64,000 nt of DNA. Origin: an uncultured virus (IMG/VR IMGVR_UViG_3300000553_000028) (taxonomy: Duplodnaviria; Heunggongvirae; Uroviricota; Caudoviricetes). The position numbers and the translations under genes were made by a program. The notes under the pieces were generated by a model, which saw only the letters and a program-made list of their open reading frames with translations, was not told the origin of the DNA and did no database searches. Of the stretch, positions 1 through 9,926 are shown in pieces (the stretch's first letter is position 1; every line of letters starts with the position of its first letter). Where the stretch lies: IMG/VR virus record IMGVR_UViG_3300000553_000028; one strand, given 5' to 3'.

Positions 1-639
1 GAACGTGTTATTAGACGTACTTGGGAATACATTTTTAAAAATGGATTAGATAAAAGTAAAAAAACAATATTCAGTTTAGAACTACCTGGTTCAATTTCTA
101 GATTAGATTTATTTTCAAATGAAGAATACGAATATTTGGTTGGAAATATTGAATATAATGAAAAAGGAAAAGTAAACGATACACAAATTGTAGTAGATTG
201 GATATATGGACCACCACTAAATGAAAATTATAGAAATGAAACAAGAAGAATTTTAAAAGAATATTCAGAAGCATTTATACATCCTGTTGAAAAAGAAAAA
301 CAGGTTGCATATTCTTTATTTGGATTAGCTAGTTTTATGATATTAAATGATATTCAATTTTATTTTAGTGGAGATACTAGCTATACACAATACCATTTAA
401 ATTTACAATATGATTATCCTAATTTTAATAACGAACATATTTTAAATCTAAAAATAGATAATAATTATTACAATAATATAGTAACTTTTGCAGATACAAC
501 AAAAACAAAAATATCAGATGAAGTTGGAGTAGATGTAACAACGGATGGTCATCCAGGTTTTCAGGCACATAAAGATTGGGCAAAGGCATTTGTGGATTTT
601 TTACAAAATAAAGATAATTATAAAAAACAAATAATATGA
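1..639 (+). CDS. SGNH/GDSL-like hypothetical protein (5'-partial)
   Basis: Frame 1 is open from base 1 (ERVIRRTWEYIF...), so the gene starts upstream of the window; C-terminal DGHPGFQAH resembles the SGNH block V DxxH/HP motif. Confidence 0.55.
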   Translation, partial: ERVIRRTWEYIFKNGLDKSKKTIFSLELPGSISRLDLFSNEEYEYLVGNIEYNEKGKVNDTQIVVDWIYGPPLNENYRNETRRILKEYSEAFIHPVEKEKQVAYSLFGLASFMILNDIQFYFSGDTSYTQYHLNLQYDYPNFNNEHILNLKIDNNYYNNIVTFADTTKTKISDEVGVDVTTDGHPGFQAHKDWAKAFVDFLQNKDNYKKQII

Positions 640-818
640 GATACAAAGAACAAGTAAGAGACAATTTAAACAACATTGAAATTAGAGTTAATTATTTAAG
701 ACAAGCAACTGAGGGTAGTAAGCCTATTACTCCACAGGATGCTATTAAAATGATTGATGAAATTTTATATTCATTAACTAAAGTAAATGAATTAGTAGAT
801 TTAGAAAGAGAAGGATAA
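636..818 (+). CDS. small hypothetical protein
   Basis: 60-aa ORF overlapping both neighbours (ATGA, TAATG), helical composition. Confidence 0.7.
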   Translation: MRYKEQVRDNLNNIEIRVNYLRQATEGSKPITPQDAIKMIDEILYSLTKVNELVDLEREG

Positions 819-1936
819 TGAACTGGCTTAAATGGTTGGTTGGTATTTCGGCAATAATCATAGCTGGTTGTGCCGCTTTCTTTTCCGTAACGGGTTTAGG
901 TGTTCTATTTAGTGGAGCATCTATATCCGTAATGGTTATGGCGGGTTCTTTGGAGTTCGCTAAATTAGTGTCTGCAACATATTTGAAGCAAGAATGGAGT
1001 ACCCTTAAGGGGTTTAACAAATGGTATCTTACTTTAGCAATAGGATTATTAATGATAATCACTTCTGCTGGTATATTTGGTTATCTTTCTAACGCATTTC
1101 AACAACAAAATCTTAAATTGCAACAGGTAGATAGAGAAATTGCGATTTATACAACAAAAATACAGCAAAATTCAGCTCAAATTACACAACTTAACACTCA
1201 ATTAACCAATTTATCCTCAACACAAGGTAAAATTTTGGATAATGGTAAGGTAAATAACCGACTTTTACGTTCAATTGATAACAAGGATAAGCAAAGTGCA
1301 CAAATTAACAAAAAAATTAGTGATTTGCAAGATGAAAATGTTAAAAATAACGAAGAAATTAACAAAATTAAGGTTTCTAACTTAGATTTAGAGAAAGAAG
1401 TAGGTGGATTTCGATTTGTGGCCGAAGCTTTTGGTGTAGAATTGAAAAAAGTAGTAAAATTCTTCATATTTTTGATTGTAATAGTGTTTGACCCACTTGC
1501 GGTAGCACTTATTATTGCATTTAATGGGTTAATTGGTAAAAAAGAGGAAAAAAAATCAGTATTTCAAAAAGAATTGGAAGATTTTGTTGAAGGATATGAT
1601 GAAAAAACATACGAAGTGTATGGTGATGGTAAAATTGATGAAAATACAATAAATACTAAATTAAATGAGGTATATGGTGATATAGAAGAGCGAAAAATCT
1701 ATGATAGTGGAAAAAATTCACCAATTTTAGGAGAACATGAAGTTATAGAAGAAAAACCACTACCATACTACGAAGAACCTGATTTTGATTGGGAAAATAA
1801 AAACTTATGGATAAATAATCCAGCCGCAGTTAAGTATTGGATGCAAAATGGTAATTCTATTCACAAATACAATAAATTATATAGGGATCATTTAAAAGAA
1901 TTAGATAATACCGATTCAACAACAAAAACATACTAA
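818..1936 (+). CDS. membrane-anchored coiled-coil protein
   Basis: Three N-terminal hydrophobic helices, Q/N/K-rich coiled coil, second TM segment (IFLIVIVFDPLAVALIIAF). Confidence 0.7.
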   Translation: MNWLKWLVGISAIIIAGCAAFFSVTGLGVLFSGASISVMVMAGSLEFAKLVSATYLKQEWSTLKGFNKWYLTLAIGLLMIITSAGIFGYLSNAFQQQNLKLQQVDREIAIYTTKIQQNSAQITQLNTQLTNLSSTQGKILDNGKVNNRLLRSIDNKDKQSAQINKKISDLQDENVKNNEEINKIKVSNLDLEKEVGGFRFVAEAFGVELKKVVKFFIFLIVIVFDPLAVALIIAFNGLIGKKEEKKSVFQKELEDFVEGYDEKTYEVYGDGKIDENTINTKLNEVYGDIEERKIYDSGKNSPILGEHEVIEEKPLPYYEEPDFDWENKNLWINNPAAVKYWMQNGNSIHKYNKLYRDHLKELDNTDSTTKTY

Positions 1937-1937
1937 A

Positions 1938-2459
1938 ATGGCACATAAAGAGCAAAAGGATTTTTGCGTTTCAGTTCAATCAAAGTTTCTAGATAAATTT
2001 AAAGGAGTTTCAGTATTGGATATTGGTTCTTTGGATATAAATGGTAATAATCGTTATTTATTTGAAGATTACACTTATGTTGGAATAGATTTAGGTGAAG
2101 GTAAAAATGTAGATGTAGTTAGTAGAGGACATGAATACAAAACGGATGAAAGATATGATGTTATTATATCTACTGAGTGTTTTGAGCATGATGAATATTG
2201 GGTTCAAACAATAAACAACATTATTCACCATTTAAAGAGTGGTGGATTATTTTTATTTACTTGTGCAACAGATGGTAGACCTGAACATGGGACTCGTAGA
2301 ACATCTCCACAGGATGCACCATTTGTGGGAGATTATTATAGAAACTTAAATGAAGAAATAATGAAAGGTGAGATAGATTTTGATTCTATATTTAATGATT
2401 ATAAATTTAGTAGTAGACAAAATCCATCAGATTTATATTTTTACGGAATTAAAAAATAA
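1938..2459 (+). CDS. class I SAM-dependent methyltransferase
   Basis: VLDIGS motif I, YVGIDL, YDVIISTECFEHD, LKSGGLFLF. Confidence 0.85.
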   Translation: MAHKEQKDFCVSVQSKFLDKFKGVSVLDIGSLDINGNNRYLFEDYTYVGIDLGEGKNVDVVSRGHEYKTDERYDVIISTECFEHDEYWVQTINNIIHHLKSGGLFLFTCATDGRPEHGTRRTSPQDAPFVGDYYRNLNEEIMKGEIDFDSIFNDYKFSSRQNPSDLYFYGIKK

Positions 2460-2465
2460 TAAAAT

Positions 2466-3107
2466 ATGTATTCAGTTATAATACCCACAATGTGGAAAGC
2501 AAAAAGATTGGGTGAAACATTAAACGAATTATGTGAACATCCGTTAGTTGGTCAAATTATTTTGATTGATAATAGTGGTGGTGAGTTGGGATATGAAATC
2601 ATACATCCTAAAATATATCATGTAATCGAAAAAGAAAACACGTATGTAACCGCAGCTTGGAATAAAGGTGTAAACATGGCAAAATATGATAAACTTCTAA
2701 TTCTAAATGATGATATTTGGATGGATTGGAAAATATTAGATATATTAGAACCTCACGTTACTGAACAAAATGGATTAATTGGTTTAGATGAAACGGAATA
2801 TAATATTGAACATTACGGACATGAGTTTGGATTAGAACCAATTGAAAGAAGAAATGGTGGTTGGGGTTGTGCAATCTTTGTTCATAAAGAAAACTATTCT
2901 CCAATACCAGAAGAAATGAAATTATGGGGACAAGATGATTGGTTATTTGTAAAAGCTAGAAATAGGAGAAAACAAAATTATAAATTAGTAGGATATACTA
3001 TTTATGGTGAATTATCGGTTACAAACAATATTTTAGATGCAGATCCTAAAATACAAGAAATTAGAGAAAATGATTTAAGATTAAAAGATTATTATAACTT
3101 ATATTAA
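2466..3107 (+). CDS. glycosyltransferase, GT2/GT-A fold
   Basis: YSVIIPT, IILIDNS, AAWNKG, LLILNDDI (DxD-like), WGQDDW. Confidence 0.8.
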   Translation: MYSVIIPTMWKAKRLGETLNELCEHPLVGQIILIDNSGGELGYEIIHPKIYHVIEKENTYVTAAWNKGVNMAKYDKLLILNDDIWMDWKILDILEPHVTEQNGLIGLDETEYNIEHYGHEFGLEPIERRNGGWGCAIFVHKENYSPIPEEMKLWGQDDWLFVKARNRRKQNYKLVGYTIYGELSVTNNILDADPKIQEIRENDLRLKDYYNLY

Positions 3108-3112
3108 GAATT

Positions 3113-3769
3113 ATGTATTTACAAACACCTTACAAAATCAGTTACGATACACAAAAGTATCCATTTAGACAAATTGTTTCAAAAATGTTAGAAGTATGGG
3201 AGGGTGATACCATTCCATTAGAAGATTTACACACATTGGAACATTATGATTTATTTGTTAGAGAAAAAGACCAAGCAACGATTTGGCATAAAAGATATTA
3301 CGAAAAATATAAAACCGAATTCTTACCTACTTACTTAGAATTAGTAAAAGAGCTTAAAGAAAGATTTGGTTATGATGAAGTTATTTATCAAGCTATACCA
3401 ACATTTAGAGTTCAATTAGCAGAAGGTAATTTGGGAGTGGGTGAGTGGCATAAAGATAGAACTTACAATCATGGAGTGACAGAGGTTAATTTTTGGATGC
3501 CATTTGTAAATACCAACGAACAAAATACAATTTGGATGGAGAGTGTAGAAGATAAGGGTGATTACAAACCATATACTGTTAATTATGGTGAAATATTAGT
3601 ATTTAGTGGTGCAAATTTATATCATGGTAATAAAAACAATGATAGTAGCCAAACAAGAGTATCAGTTGATTTTCGTTTAGTAGATCCAGCTAAATTTATA
3701 CCAAATGAGGCAGGTTCAATTAATATGAAGGCAAAATTTGATATTGGTGGTTATTTTGAGAAATTATAG
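3113..3769 (+). CDS. StrG-like / PhyH-like Fe(II)-2OG dioxygenase
   Basis: YQAIPTFRV, WHKD (HxD), NFWMPF, LYHGN, TRVSVDFR. Confidence 0.65.
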   Translation: MYLQTPYKISYDTQKYPFRQIVSKMLEVWEGDTIPLEDLHTLEHYDLFVREKDQATIWHKRYYEKYKTEFLPTYLELVKELKERFGYDEVIYQAIPTFRVQLAEGNLGVGEWHKDRTYNHGVTEVNFWMPFVNTNEQNTIWMESVEDKGDYKPYTVNYGEILVFSGANLYHGNKNNDSSQTRVSVDFRLVDPAKFIPNEAGSINMKAKFDIGGYFEKL

Positions 3770-3771
3770 AT

Positions 3772-4806
3772 ATGCTAGATATAATATGTGTAGGTGGTTC
3801 AAACACATCATTTAGACGTCCTGAAAAAGCTAGGTTTAACGAAGGGTATTGTCCTGATGCAGATGTCGATAATGCTGGTACTGGTTCTTATCCTGAAGTA
3901 ATACATAGACATTTTGGAAATAAAGTATATAATTTAGGGGTAGCAGGTAATTCCGTTCAAACTGCTGTATTATCTGTTATATCACTTGCAAATAAATTAA
4001 TTAATAGTGGAAATAATAATTTTTCTATAATATTTAATTGTTCTGAGTTTTATAGACAATCTATGTATTTTTCAGATAAAATGTTAAAAATAAAAAATAT
4101 AACAGATATTGATAATAATCCTGTTATAAACAATTATTTATTTCAACCTGATAAATCTGGATTTTTCTTATTAGGTGGTGTTCAAAATATATCAAAGGAT
4201 TCATATTCAGATAGTAATTTATTTAAAATTGCAAAAGCATATTCAGAACATTTATTTTCATTTGAAGAGTGTGAATTAAAAGCACTTACTCATTTATTAT
4301 TATTTCAAAATTTTTGTAAAGTAAATAATATACCTTATAAAATATTTTTTGACTTTGATAACTTTTCATTTCCAGATATGAATTGGTTTGATTTGGATAA
4401 AACAAATGAAGAAACTTATTTTAAATCATATTTCATAGATAAAAAATTAACAAAAAAAGAACCATTGGGCCATATTAAAAAAGATCCGTATGTTTATGAT
4501 TTATTTAAAATGTTAGATTTAAATAATTGTTGGTTTTACGAAACTGATGAAATTAAGTATGGTGGTATTCATGAATGGATATTTAAAAATAATGAATATA
4601 AAGCAGGGGATTCCGAATATATTGCATTTCATTTTGAAGATACAGAAAAAACACCAAATGAATTAAAAGATAAACCAACATTACTTAATATTCAAAGTGC
4701 AAAAGAAAAAATGAAAAAAGGTGTATTTTTTGAAACTGCTCATCCGACTTATTACTATTGGGAAAAATTTGTTAAAGAAGTTATGATTAATTGGAATTTA
4801 TTCTAA
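3772..4806 (+). CDS. SGNH-like hypothetical protein
   Basis: CVGGSNT (block I), VYNLGVAGNS (block II), C-terminal AHPT. Confidence 0.55.
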   Translation: MLDIICVGGSNTSFRRPEKARFNEGYCPDADVDNAGTGSYPEVIHRHFGNKVYNLGVAGNSVQTAVLSVISLANKLINSGNNNFSIIFNCSEFYRQSMYFSDKMLKIKNITDIDNNPVINNYLFQPDKSGFFLLGGVQNISKDSYSDSNLFKIAKAYSEHLFSFEECELKALTHLLLFQNFCKVNNIPYKIFFDFDNFSFPDMNWFDLDKTNEETYFKSYFIDKKLTKKEPLGHIKKDPYVYDLFKMLDLNNCWFYETDEIKYGGIHEWIFKNNEYKAGDSEYIAFHFEDTEKTPNELKDKPTLLNIQSAKEKMKKGVFFETAHPTYYYWEKFVKEVMINWNLF

Positions 4807-4812
4807 ATATTA

Positions 4813-4844
4813 TTTGGAAATTTAATTAATTAAATGTATATTTG
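4813..4844 (+). promoter_or_regulatory. Bacteroidetes-type housekeeping promoter (-33 TTTG / -7 TAnnTTTG)
   Basis: TTTG 4813-4816, 20-nt spacer, TATATTTG 4837-4844, upstream of def. Confidence 0.75.
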
Positions 4845-4861
4845 AGTATTAAACATTACAT

Positions 4862-5479
4862 ATGATAAAAATAGTAACAGACAAGGGAATATTAAAACAA
4901 CCAATTCCTAACACACCATTCACTAAAGAAGAACAAGATTTAGCAACAGCTGCATTATTAACCGCAGTAACCGAACAACAAGGTTTAGGTATGAGTGCAA
5001 ATCAAATTGGATTAAATAAAAGAATTTGTGTAATTAATGTGAGAGAAACTCCATTAGTATTAGTTAATCCAGAAATAGTTGATGAAGGACAAGAAAAATT
5101 GGTTTATTTTGAAGGTTGTTTATCTTTACCCAAAACAATGAAAAAACCTATTAAGACAGTTCGTTCTTATAATGTAAAGGTAAAAGCAGATAATTTTCCT
5201 GACGTATTAGAATTTGGTACGGAAGAAAGAAATCACGAAGATATTAATAAATTATTTAGTGATTTAGGATTATTAGAATCAGTTTGTGTTCAACATGAAA
5301 TTGACCACTTAAATGGTTTAACAATTAGAGATAGACAATATACTGAAACTGTACGTTTAACTGCATTTGCTAAATTAGGTAGAAATGAAAGATTTATTCT
5401 TAAAAAGGGTGAAGAAACACGTTCAGTTAAGAAAAAGAACCTATCAACTTACTTAGAACAAGGATGGGAGGTAGTATAA
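4862..5479 (+). CDS. def: peptide deformylase
   Basis: All three PDF motifs: GLGMSANQIG, EGCLS, QHEIDHLNG. Confidence 0.95.
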   Translation: MIKIVTDKGILKQPIPNTPFTKEEQDLATAALLTAVTEQQGLGMSANQIGLNKRICVINVRETPLVLVNPEIVDEGQEKLVYFEGCLSLPKTMKKPIKTVRSYNVKVKADNFPDVLEFGTEERNHEDINKLFSDLGLLESVCVQHEIDHLNGLTIRDRQYTETVRLTAFAKLGRNERFILKKGEETRSVKKKNLSTYLEQGWEVV

Positions 5480-5480
5480 T

Positions 5481-5753
5481 ATGTTTGTAATATTAACAAT
5501 ATTAGTTTTACTTACATTGGGTTATATAATTTGGAATCTCCTAAAAAAATTGGAGAAAATGGAAGAATTATTAGAAGCTCAGGATTTAAAACTACAATAT
5601 AATTTAGATAAACTTATTGCAATGTATGTAGCAATGAAAGAAATAGATACCAATGGTGCATTTGAAAGTGATGATGAAGTTGGTGCCATATTTAATGATT
5701 TGAAAGATACTATTGAAAAAAACTTAAAAGAAATAGAAGAAACTAATGGGTAG
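5481..5753 (+). CDS. small membrane protein
   Basis: N-terminal TM helix followed by an acidic coiled coil. Confidence 0.7.
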   Translation: MFVILTILVLLTLGYIIWNLLKKLEKMEELLEAQDLKLQYNLDKLIAMYVAMKEIDTNGAFESDDEVGAIFNDLKDTIEKNLKEIEETNG

Positions 5754-6474
5754 AAAGAAAAAAGACACCCGTTACTTTACGGAGCAAACGGAAGCTGCTA
5801 TTATAGCATATAATAAATCAGATAATCAAATTGAAAGAAATAGATTATATGCAGAACATATCCACTATTCATTTTATAAGTTAGCTGAGAATGTTTTAAA
5901 TACATGGGGATTTACATACTTTGATGATGATAAAGAAGATATTAAATTTGAAGTAATTTCATTTCTTTTAGAAAAAATACATAAATTTGAAGAAGGTAAG
6001 GGTAAAGCATTTAGTTATTTTACAATTGCAGCTAGAAATTATCTTATTTTAAATAATAATGCAAATTACAAAAGATTTAAAGCAACATCACAATTAAGTA
6101 CAATGCCTGAAAGTTGGGATTTAGAAAATGATTTTAAACAAGTAAATCATAATGATGAGTTTAAAACATTCAATGAAAGAATGTTGCAATATTGGGATTT
6201 GAATCTTAATAGAGAATTTACAAAAAAAAGAGATATTCAAATTGCAGATGCTGTTTTAGAATTATTTAGAAGAGCAGAATATATAGAATCATTTAATAAA
6301 AAATCGTTATACTTATTGGTGAGAGAAATGACAGGTTATAAAACACATTATATAACTAAAGTTGTTTCTAAAATGAAAGAAACTCAAATGAAATTGTATT
6401 ATCAATTTTTAGATGAGGGGGATATTACACAAGAATCAAAAGACCCTTTTTGGAAGAGAGTAATAACTAAATGA
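5746..6474 (+). CDS. phage RNA polymerase sigma factor, T4 gp55-like (putative late sigma)
   Basis: Region-2-like DDKEDIKFEVISFLLEKIHKFEEGKGKAFSYFTIAARNYLI resembles gp55-family AFAYFT motif. Confidence 0.6.
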   Translation: MGRKKKDTRYFTEQTEAAIIAYNKSDNQIERNRLYAEHIHYSFYKLAENVLNTWGFTYFDDDKEDIKFEVISFLLEKIHKFEEGKGKAFSYFTIAARNYLILNNNANYKRFKATSQLSTMPESWDLENDFKQVNHNDEFKTFNERMLQYWDLNLNREFTKKRDIQIADAVLELFRRAEYIESFNKKSLYLLVREMTGYKTHYITKVVSKMKETQMKLYYQFLDEGDITQESKDPFWKRVITK

Positions 6475-8168
6475 GAATACTAGGTATATCAGCTTTTTAC
6501 CACGACTCAGCAGCTGCATTAATTGTAGATGGTAAGGTCTTGTCTGCACAAGAGGAAGAAAGATTTACCGGTATTAAACATGACCAAAGATTTCCTATCA
6601 ATTCGATTAATTGGATTCTAAAACAAAATAAACTTAAGATTAATCAAATAGATAAAATTGTTTGGTACGAAGATCCTAAAAAGAAATACGAAAGATTTAA
6701 AGAACAATATCACAAATATTTTCCTAAAACATGGAGATTAACTAAAAAGTTATTGACATGGAAAGGTAATAATGATATTGATTCTATTATTAGAAATACA
6801 TTAAAGTATAGAGGTGAAATAAAATATTGTGAACATCATCTTTCTCACTTAGCATATTCATTCTATACATCACCATTTACCGATGCACATTTATTCTCCG
6901 TTGATGGAGTTGGTGAAAACGAAACAGCCGTATTAGGGTTGGGATTAAAAGGTAAATACATTCAACAATTAGAAAGAAATTATTTTCCACATTCATTAGG
7001 ATTATTATACGCATCCGTTACAGCATTCTTAGGATTCAAACCTAATAGTGGTGAATACAAAGTTATGGGATTAGCAGCTTATGGTAATCCTAAAGATGTG
7101 TATAGAGAACAATTTGAAAAGTTAGCAAAACTAAACGGAAACACATTAGAATTGGATTTGAAATATTTTTCATTCCATTATTCAGAAAGAGGTATGTTTA
7201 CCGAAAAAATGGCTGAGTTATTCAATCAAGCACCAAGAACACCTGAAAGTGAAATTGAACCACAATATATGGACATTGCATTTTCATTACAAGCTCATTA
7301 CGAAAGATTATTCTTTGCAATGTTGAATAAATTTCATTCACACTACCCAATGGATAATTTATGTTTAAGTGGTGGTTGTGCATATAATGGTTTAGCAAAT
7401 GGTAAGATAACCTTAAATACTCCTTATAAGAATGTTTATGTACCACCTGCTCCATCTGATGCCGGTAGTGCTATTGGTTGTGCATTATATGAGTTTTACA
7501 AATCAAATCCTACACATTCAAAGGTAGATAACCATAATCCCTATTTAGGTCCTCATTATCACAATGCAGATTATCTTAATGTACTTCATAGACTTGTTCC
7601 TAAAGATAAGATTAAACACACTCTAAACCCTATGGCGCTACATAAGCAGGTTGCTGCGTTAATTCACAAAGGAGCAATTGTAGGTTGGTTCAAAGGAAGT
7701 AGTGAATTTGGACAAAGAGCATTGGGACATCGTTCTATTTTAGCAAATCCAACTATTCCAGATATTAAACCTAAAGTTAATAGAGTTATTAAAAAGAGAG
7801 AAGGTTTCCGACCATTTGCTCCTATGGTAACGGCAGATGAAGCTAATAACTACTTTGAAATGTTGGGACAAGAAGTTCCTTATATGAATCAGGTATTTAA
7901 AGTTAAGGATGGTTTTATTGCAGGTTTACCATCAATTACTCACGCCGATGGAACAGCAAGAGTTCAGACAGTAAAAAGAGAATTTAATACAGACATATAT
8001 TTCTTACTTAAGGAATTTAAAAAATTAAGTGGATATCCTATTCTACTTAACACCTCATTCAATTTAAGAGGTCAAACAATGGTATTAGATCCTGAAACTG
8101 CTATTAAAACATTTTACGATTGTGAAATGGATTATTTAGTTTTAGGTAGTTATATCATTAGTAAGTAA
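6471..8168 (+). CDS. carbamoyltransferase, NodU/CmcH family
   Basis: ILGISAFYHDSAAAL, EEERF, HHLSH, VDGVGE, EYKVMGLAAYG, GGCAYN, EFGQRALGHRSILA, KKREGFRPFAP, LLNTSFN. Confidence 0.95.
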   Translation: MRILGISAFYHDSAAALIVDGKVLSAQEEERFTGIKHDQRFPINSINWILKQNKLKINQIDKIVWYEDPKKKYERFKEQYHKYFPKTWRLTKKLLTWKGNNDIDSIIRNTLKYRGEIKYCEHHLSHLAYSFYTSPFTDAHLFSVDGVGENETAVLGLGLKGKYIQQLERNYFPHSLGLLYASVTAFLGFKPNSGEYKVMGLAAYGNPKDVYREQFEKLAKLNGNTLELDLKYFSFHYSERGMFTEKMAELFNQAPRTPESEIEPQYMDIAFSLQAHYERLFFAMLNKFHSHYPMDNLCLSGGCAYNGLANGKITLNTPYKNVYVPPAPSDAGSAIGCALYEFYKSNPTHSKVDNHNPYLGPHYHNADYLNVLHRLVPKDKIKHTLNPMALHKQVAALIHKGAIVGWFKGSSEFGQRALGHRSILANPTIPDIKPKVNRVIKKREGFRPFAPMVTADEANNYFEMLGQEVPYMNQVFKVKDGFIAGLPSITHADGTARVQTVKREFNTDIYFLLKEFKKLSGYPILLNTSFNLRGQTMVLDPETAIKTFYDCEMDYLVLGSYIISK

Positions 8169-8184
8169 GTTTTTATTTACACAA

Positions 8185-8192
8185 TATTTATA
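8185..8192 (+). promoter_or_regulatory. putative phage late promoter TATTTATA
   Basis: Recurrent intergenic octamer, 10 nt before the ATG at 8203. Confidence 0.6.
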
Positions 8193-8202
8193 AAAAAGAT
8201 TT

Positions 8203-8625
8203 ATGGCAAGCGTAGACATGAATTTTCCCTTATTTAAGGGAAAAACATTTAGTGATTTGTTGGGAGACATTTACGAAAACCAACAAGCAAAAAAGAAAAA
8301 CATTTCAGCATTAATTGAAGAAATGAGAAAGTTAGTTACTTCAACAAGAGATGTAGTGACCGTTGGTCCTATTATTACTCAATTGATAGAAGCTAGTATT
8401 AGTAATGATGACCACCTTATTAAGATTGCAAACATAGCACAAAAGTTAGTATTAGCAAACACTAAAAAAGCTGGAGATGAAGGTTGGTTAAGTGAAGATG
8501 ATAAGAAAGCTCTATTAGAGGAAATGGATGCGACCGCAAAAGAAATAACACAAAATACAGAAGATAAGATTGAAGATTTAGAATTTGAAATTGAAAACTT
8601 AAAAGAAACATTGGGTAGTAAATAA
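8203..8625 (+). CDS. conserved phage hypothetical protein (helical)
   Basis: 140-aa ORF opening the baseplate operon, TAATG-coupled to the next gene. Confidence 0.7.
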   Translation: MASVDMNFPLFKGKTFSDLLGDIYENQQAKKKNISALIEEMRKLVTSTRDVVTVGPIITQLIEASISNDDHLIKIANIAQKLVLANTKKAGDEGWLSEDDKKALLEEMDATAKEITQNTEDKIEDLEFEIENLKETLGSK

Positions 8626-9926
8626 TGGCTAATTTTTTCCAATCACAACAAGTTTCTGCAAATTTTGCACCTAATACAACTGGATTGCAATACGACATTG
8701 CATTGGTTCATAGTGTAGTATTGAATATAAGTGATATTAAAAATCCAATACAAGATTTAGATAAAGCATATTCTGAATTTAAAGATAGTGATTATATAGA
8801 CAAAGATGGATTATATTATGGTGCTATTTATTATAGAAAGCCTGGTGCAGCGGTTGAAATAAATGAAGATAAATTATCGGTTGCATATCCTTTAAGAAGA
8901 GAGTTTTTACAAATACCCGTAAAAAATGAGACTGTAAGAATTTATAATATATCGGGTAGAGATTATTACGAAAAAATAACTCCAGAAAATTCTCCAAATT
9001 TTAATACAGATACAACATTAGTTTTATATGGATTGAAAACTACAAAGGAGACTGATGGTGGTAGTAATAGTAATTTAAACAATTATCAAGAAACTTCACA
9101 AACGGGCATAGCTAATTCGGATAAAGGTACAAATACTTCTGATAATATAAAGGATGGGTTTGGTGGTAAATATTTTAAAAGAAATATGAAAATTCATCAA
9201 TTAGCTATGAATGAGGGTGATACTATAATTCAAGGTAGATTTGGACATTCAATTCGTTTTAGTGGATATATACATGATGATAAAACAAATGGAACATCTT
9301 ATCCTGCAATATTAATTCGTAATGGAGAAAGTTCTAATAATCAACAAAAGAAAATATATGATGTAGTAAGTGAGGATGTAAATGGTGATGGTAGTTCAAT
9401 ACAAATAACATCCGGTCAATATAAAACACTTTTTAATTCTACAAATGTAAAAGTTAGTAAAGAAGCAAATTCTAACTATCCATCTTCAGATAATTTAATT
9501 GGAGATCAAATAGTAGTTAATACAGGTAGAATAATTCTTTCATCAAAAAATGCAGAGACATTTTTGTTTAGTAAAAAAACATTTAGTATCTTTACTGATG
9601 ATATTGTTACAATAGATACTGAAAAGGGTTATACACTTATTTCTCAAAATGGTAATATTGAAATAAATGCTAAAAATAATAAAAATGTTATATTAGCAGT
9701 TAATAGTGGTGGTAAAGTATTTCATGGTAAAGATGGTGCAGACCAACAGGCTATCTTAGGTAACAAATTAGTAGATTTATTGGGACAATTAATCGATGCA
9801 ATAGATGCTATGACAATTGCAACACCATCTGGTCCATCGGCTCCTGGTCCTATTGATAAATCACCATTTAATAATATAAAGAATCAATTGAAAGATACTC
9901 TATCTAAAAACAATTACCTTATCTAA
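8625..9926 (+). CDS. baseplate hub/spike protein (gp5/gpV-like)
   Basis: EGDTIIQGRFGHSIRF, beta-rich repeats, C-terminal AILGNKLVDLL...TPSGPS typical of spike proteins; position before gp25/gp6. Confidence 0.55.
   Translation: MANFFQSQQVSANFAPNTTGLQYDIALVHSVVLNISDIKNPIQDLDKAYSEFKDSDYIDKDGLYYGAIYYRKPGAAVEINEDKLSVAYPLRREFLQIPVKNETVRIYNISGRDYYEKITPENSPNFNTDTTLVLYGLKTTKETDGGSNSNLNNYQETSQTGIANSDKGTNTSDNIKDGFGGKYFKRNMKIHQLAMNEGDTIIQGRFGHSIRFSGYIHDDKTNGTSYPAILIRNGESSNNQQKKIYDVVSEDVNGDGSSIQITSGQYKTLFNSTNVKVSKEANSNYPSSDNLIGDQIVVNTGRIILSSKNAETFLFSKKTFSIFTDDIVTIDTEKGYTLISQNGNIEINAKNNKNVILAVNSGGKVFHGKDGADQQAILGNKLVDLLGQLIDAIDAMTIATPSGPSAPGPIDKSPFNNIKNQLKDTLSKNNYLI

Noticed and set aside
136..639. Start at 136 given by the ORF track
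   Set aside because: It is a TTG inside a frame that is open from base 1, so the true start lies upstream of the window.
8203..8625. Terminase small subunit
   Set aside because: Size and helical content fit, but there is no diagnostic motif and no large terminase nearby; left as hypothetical.
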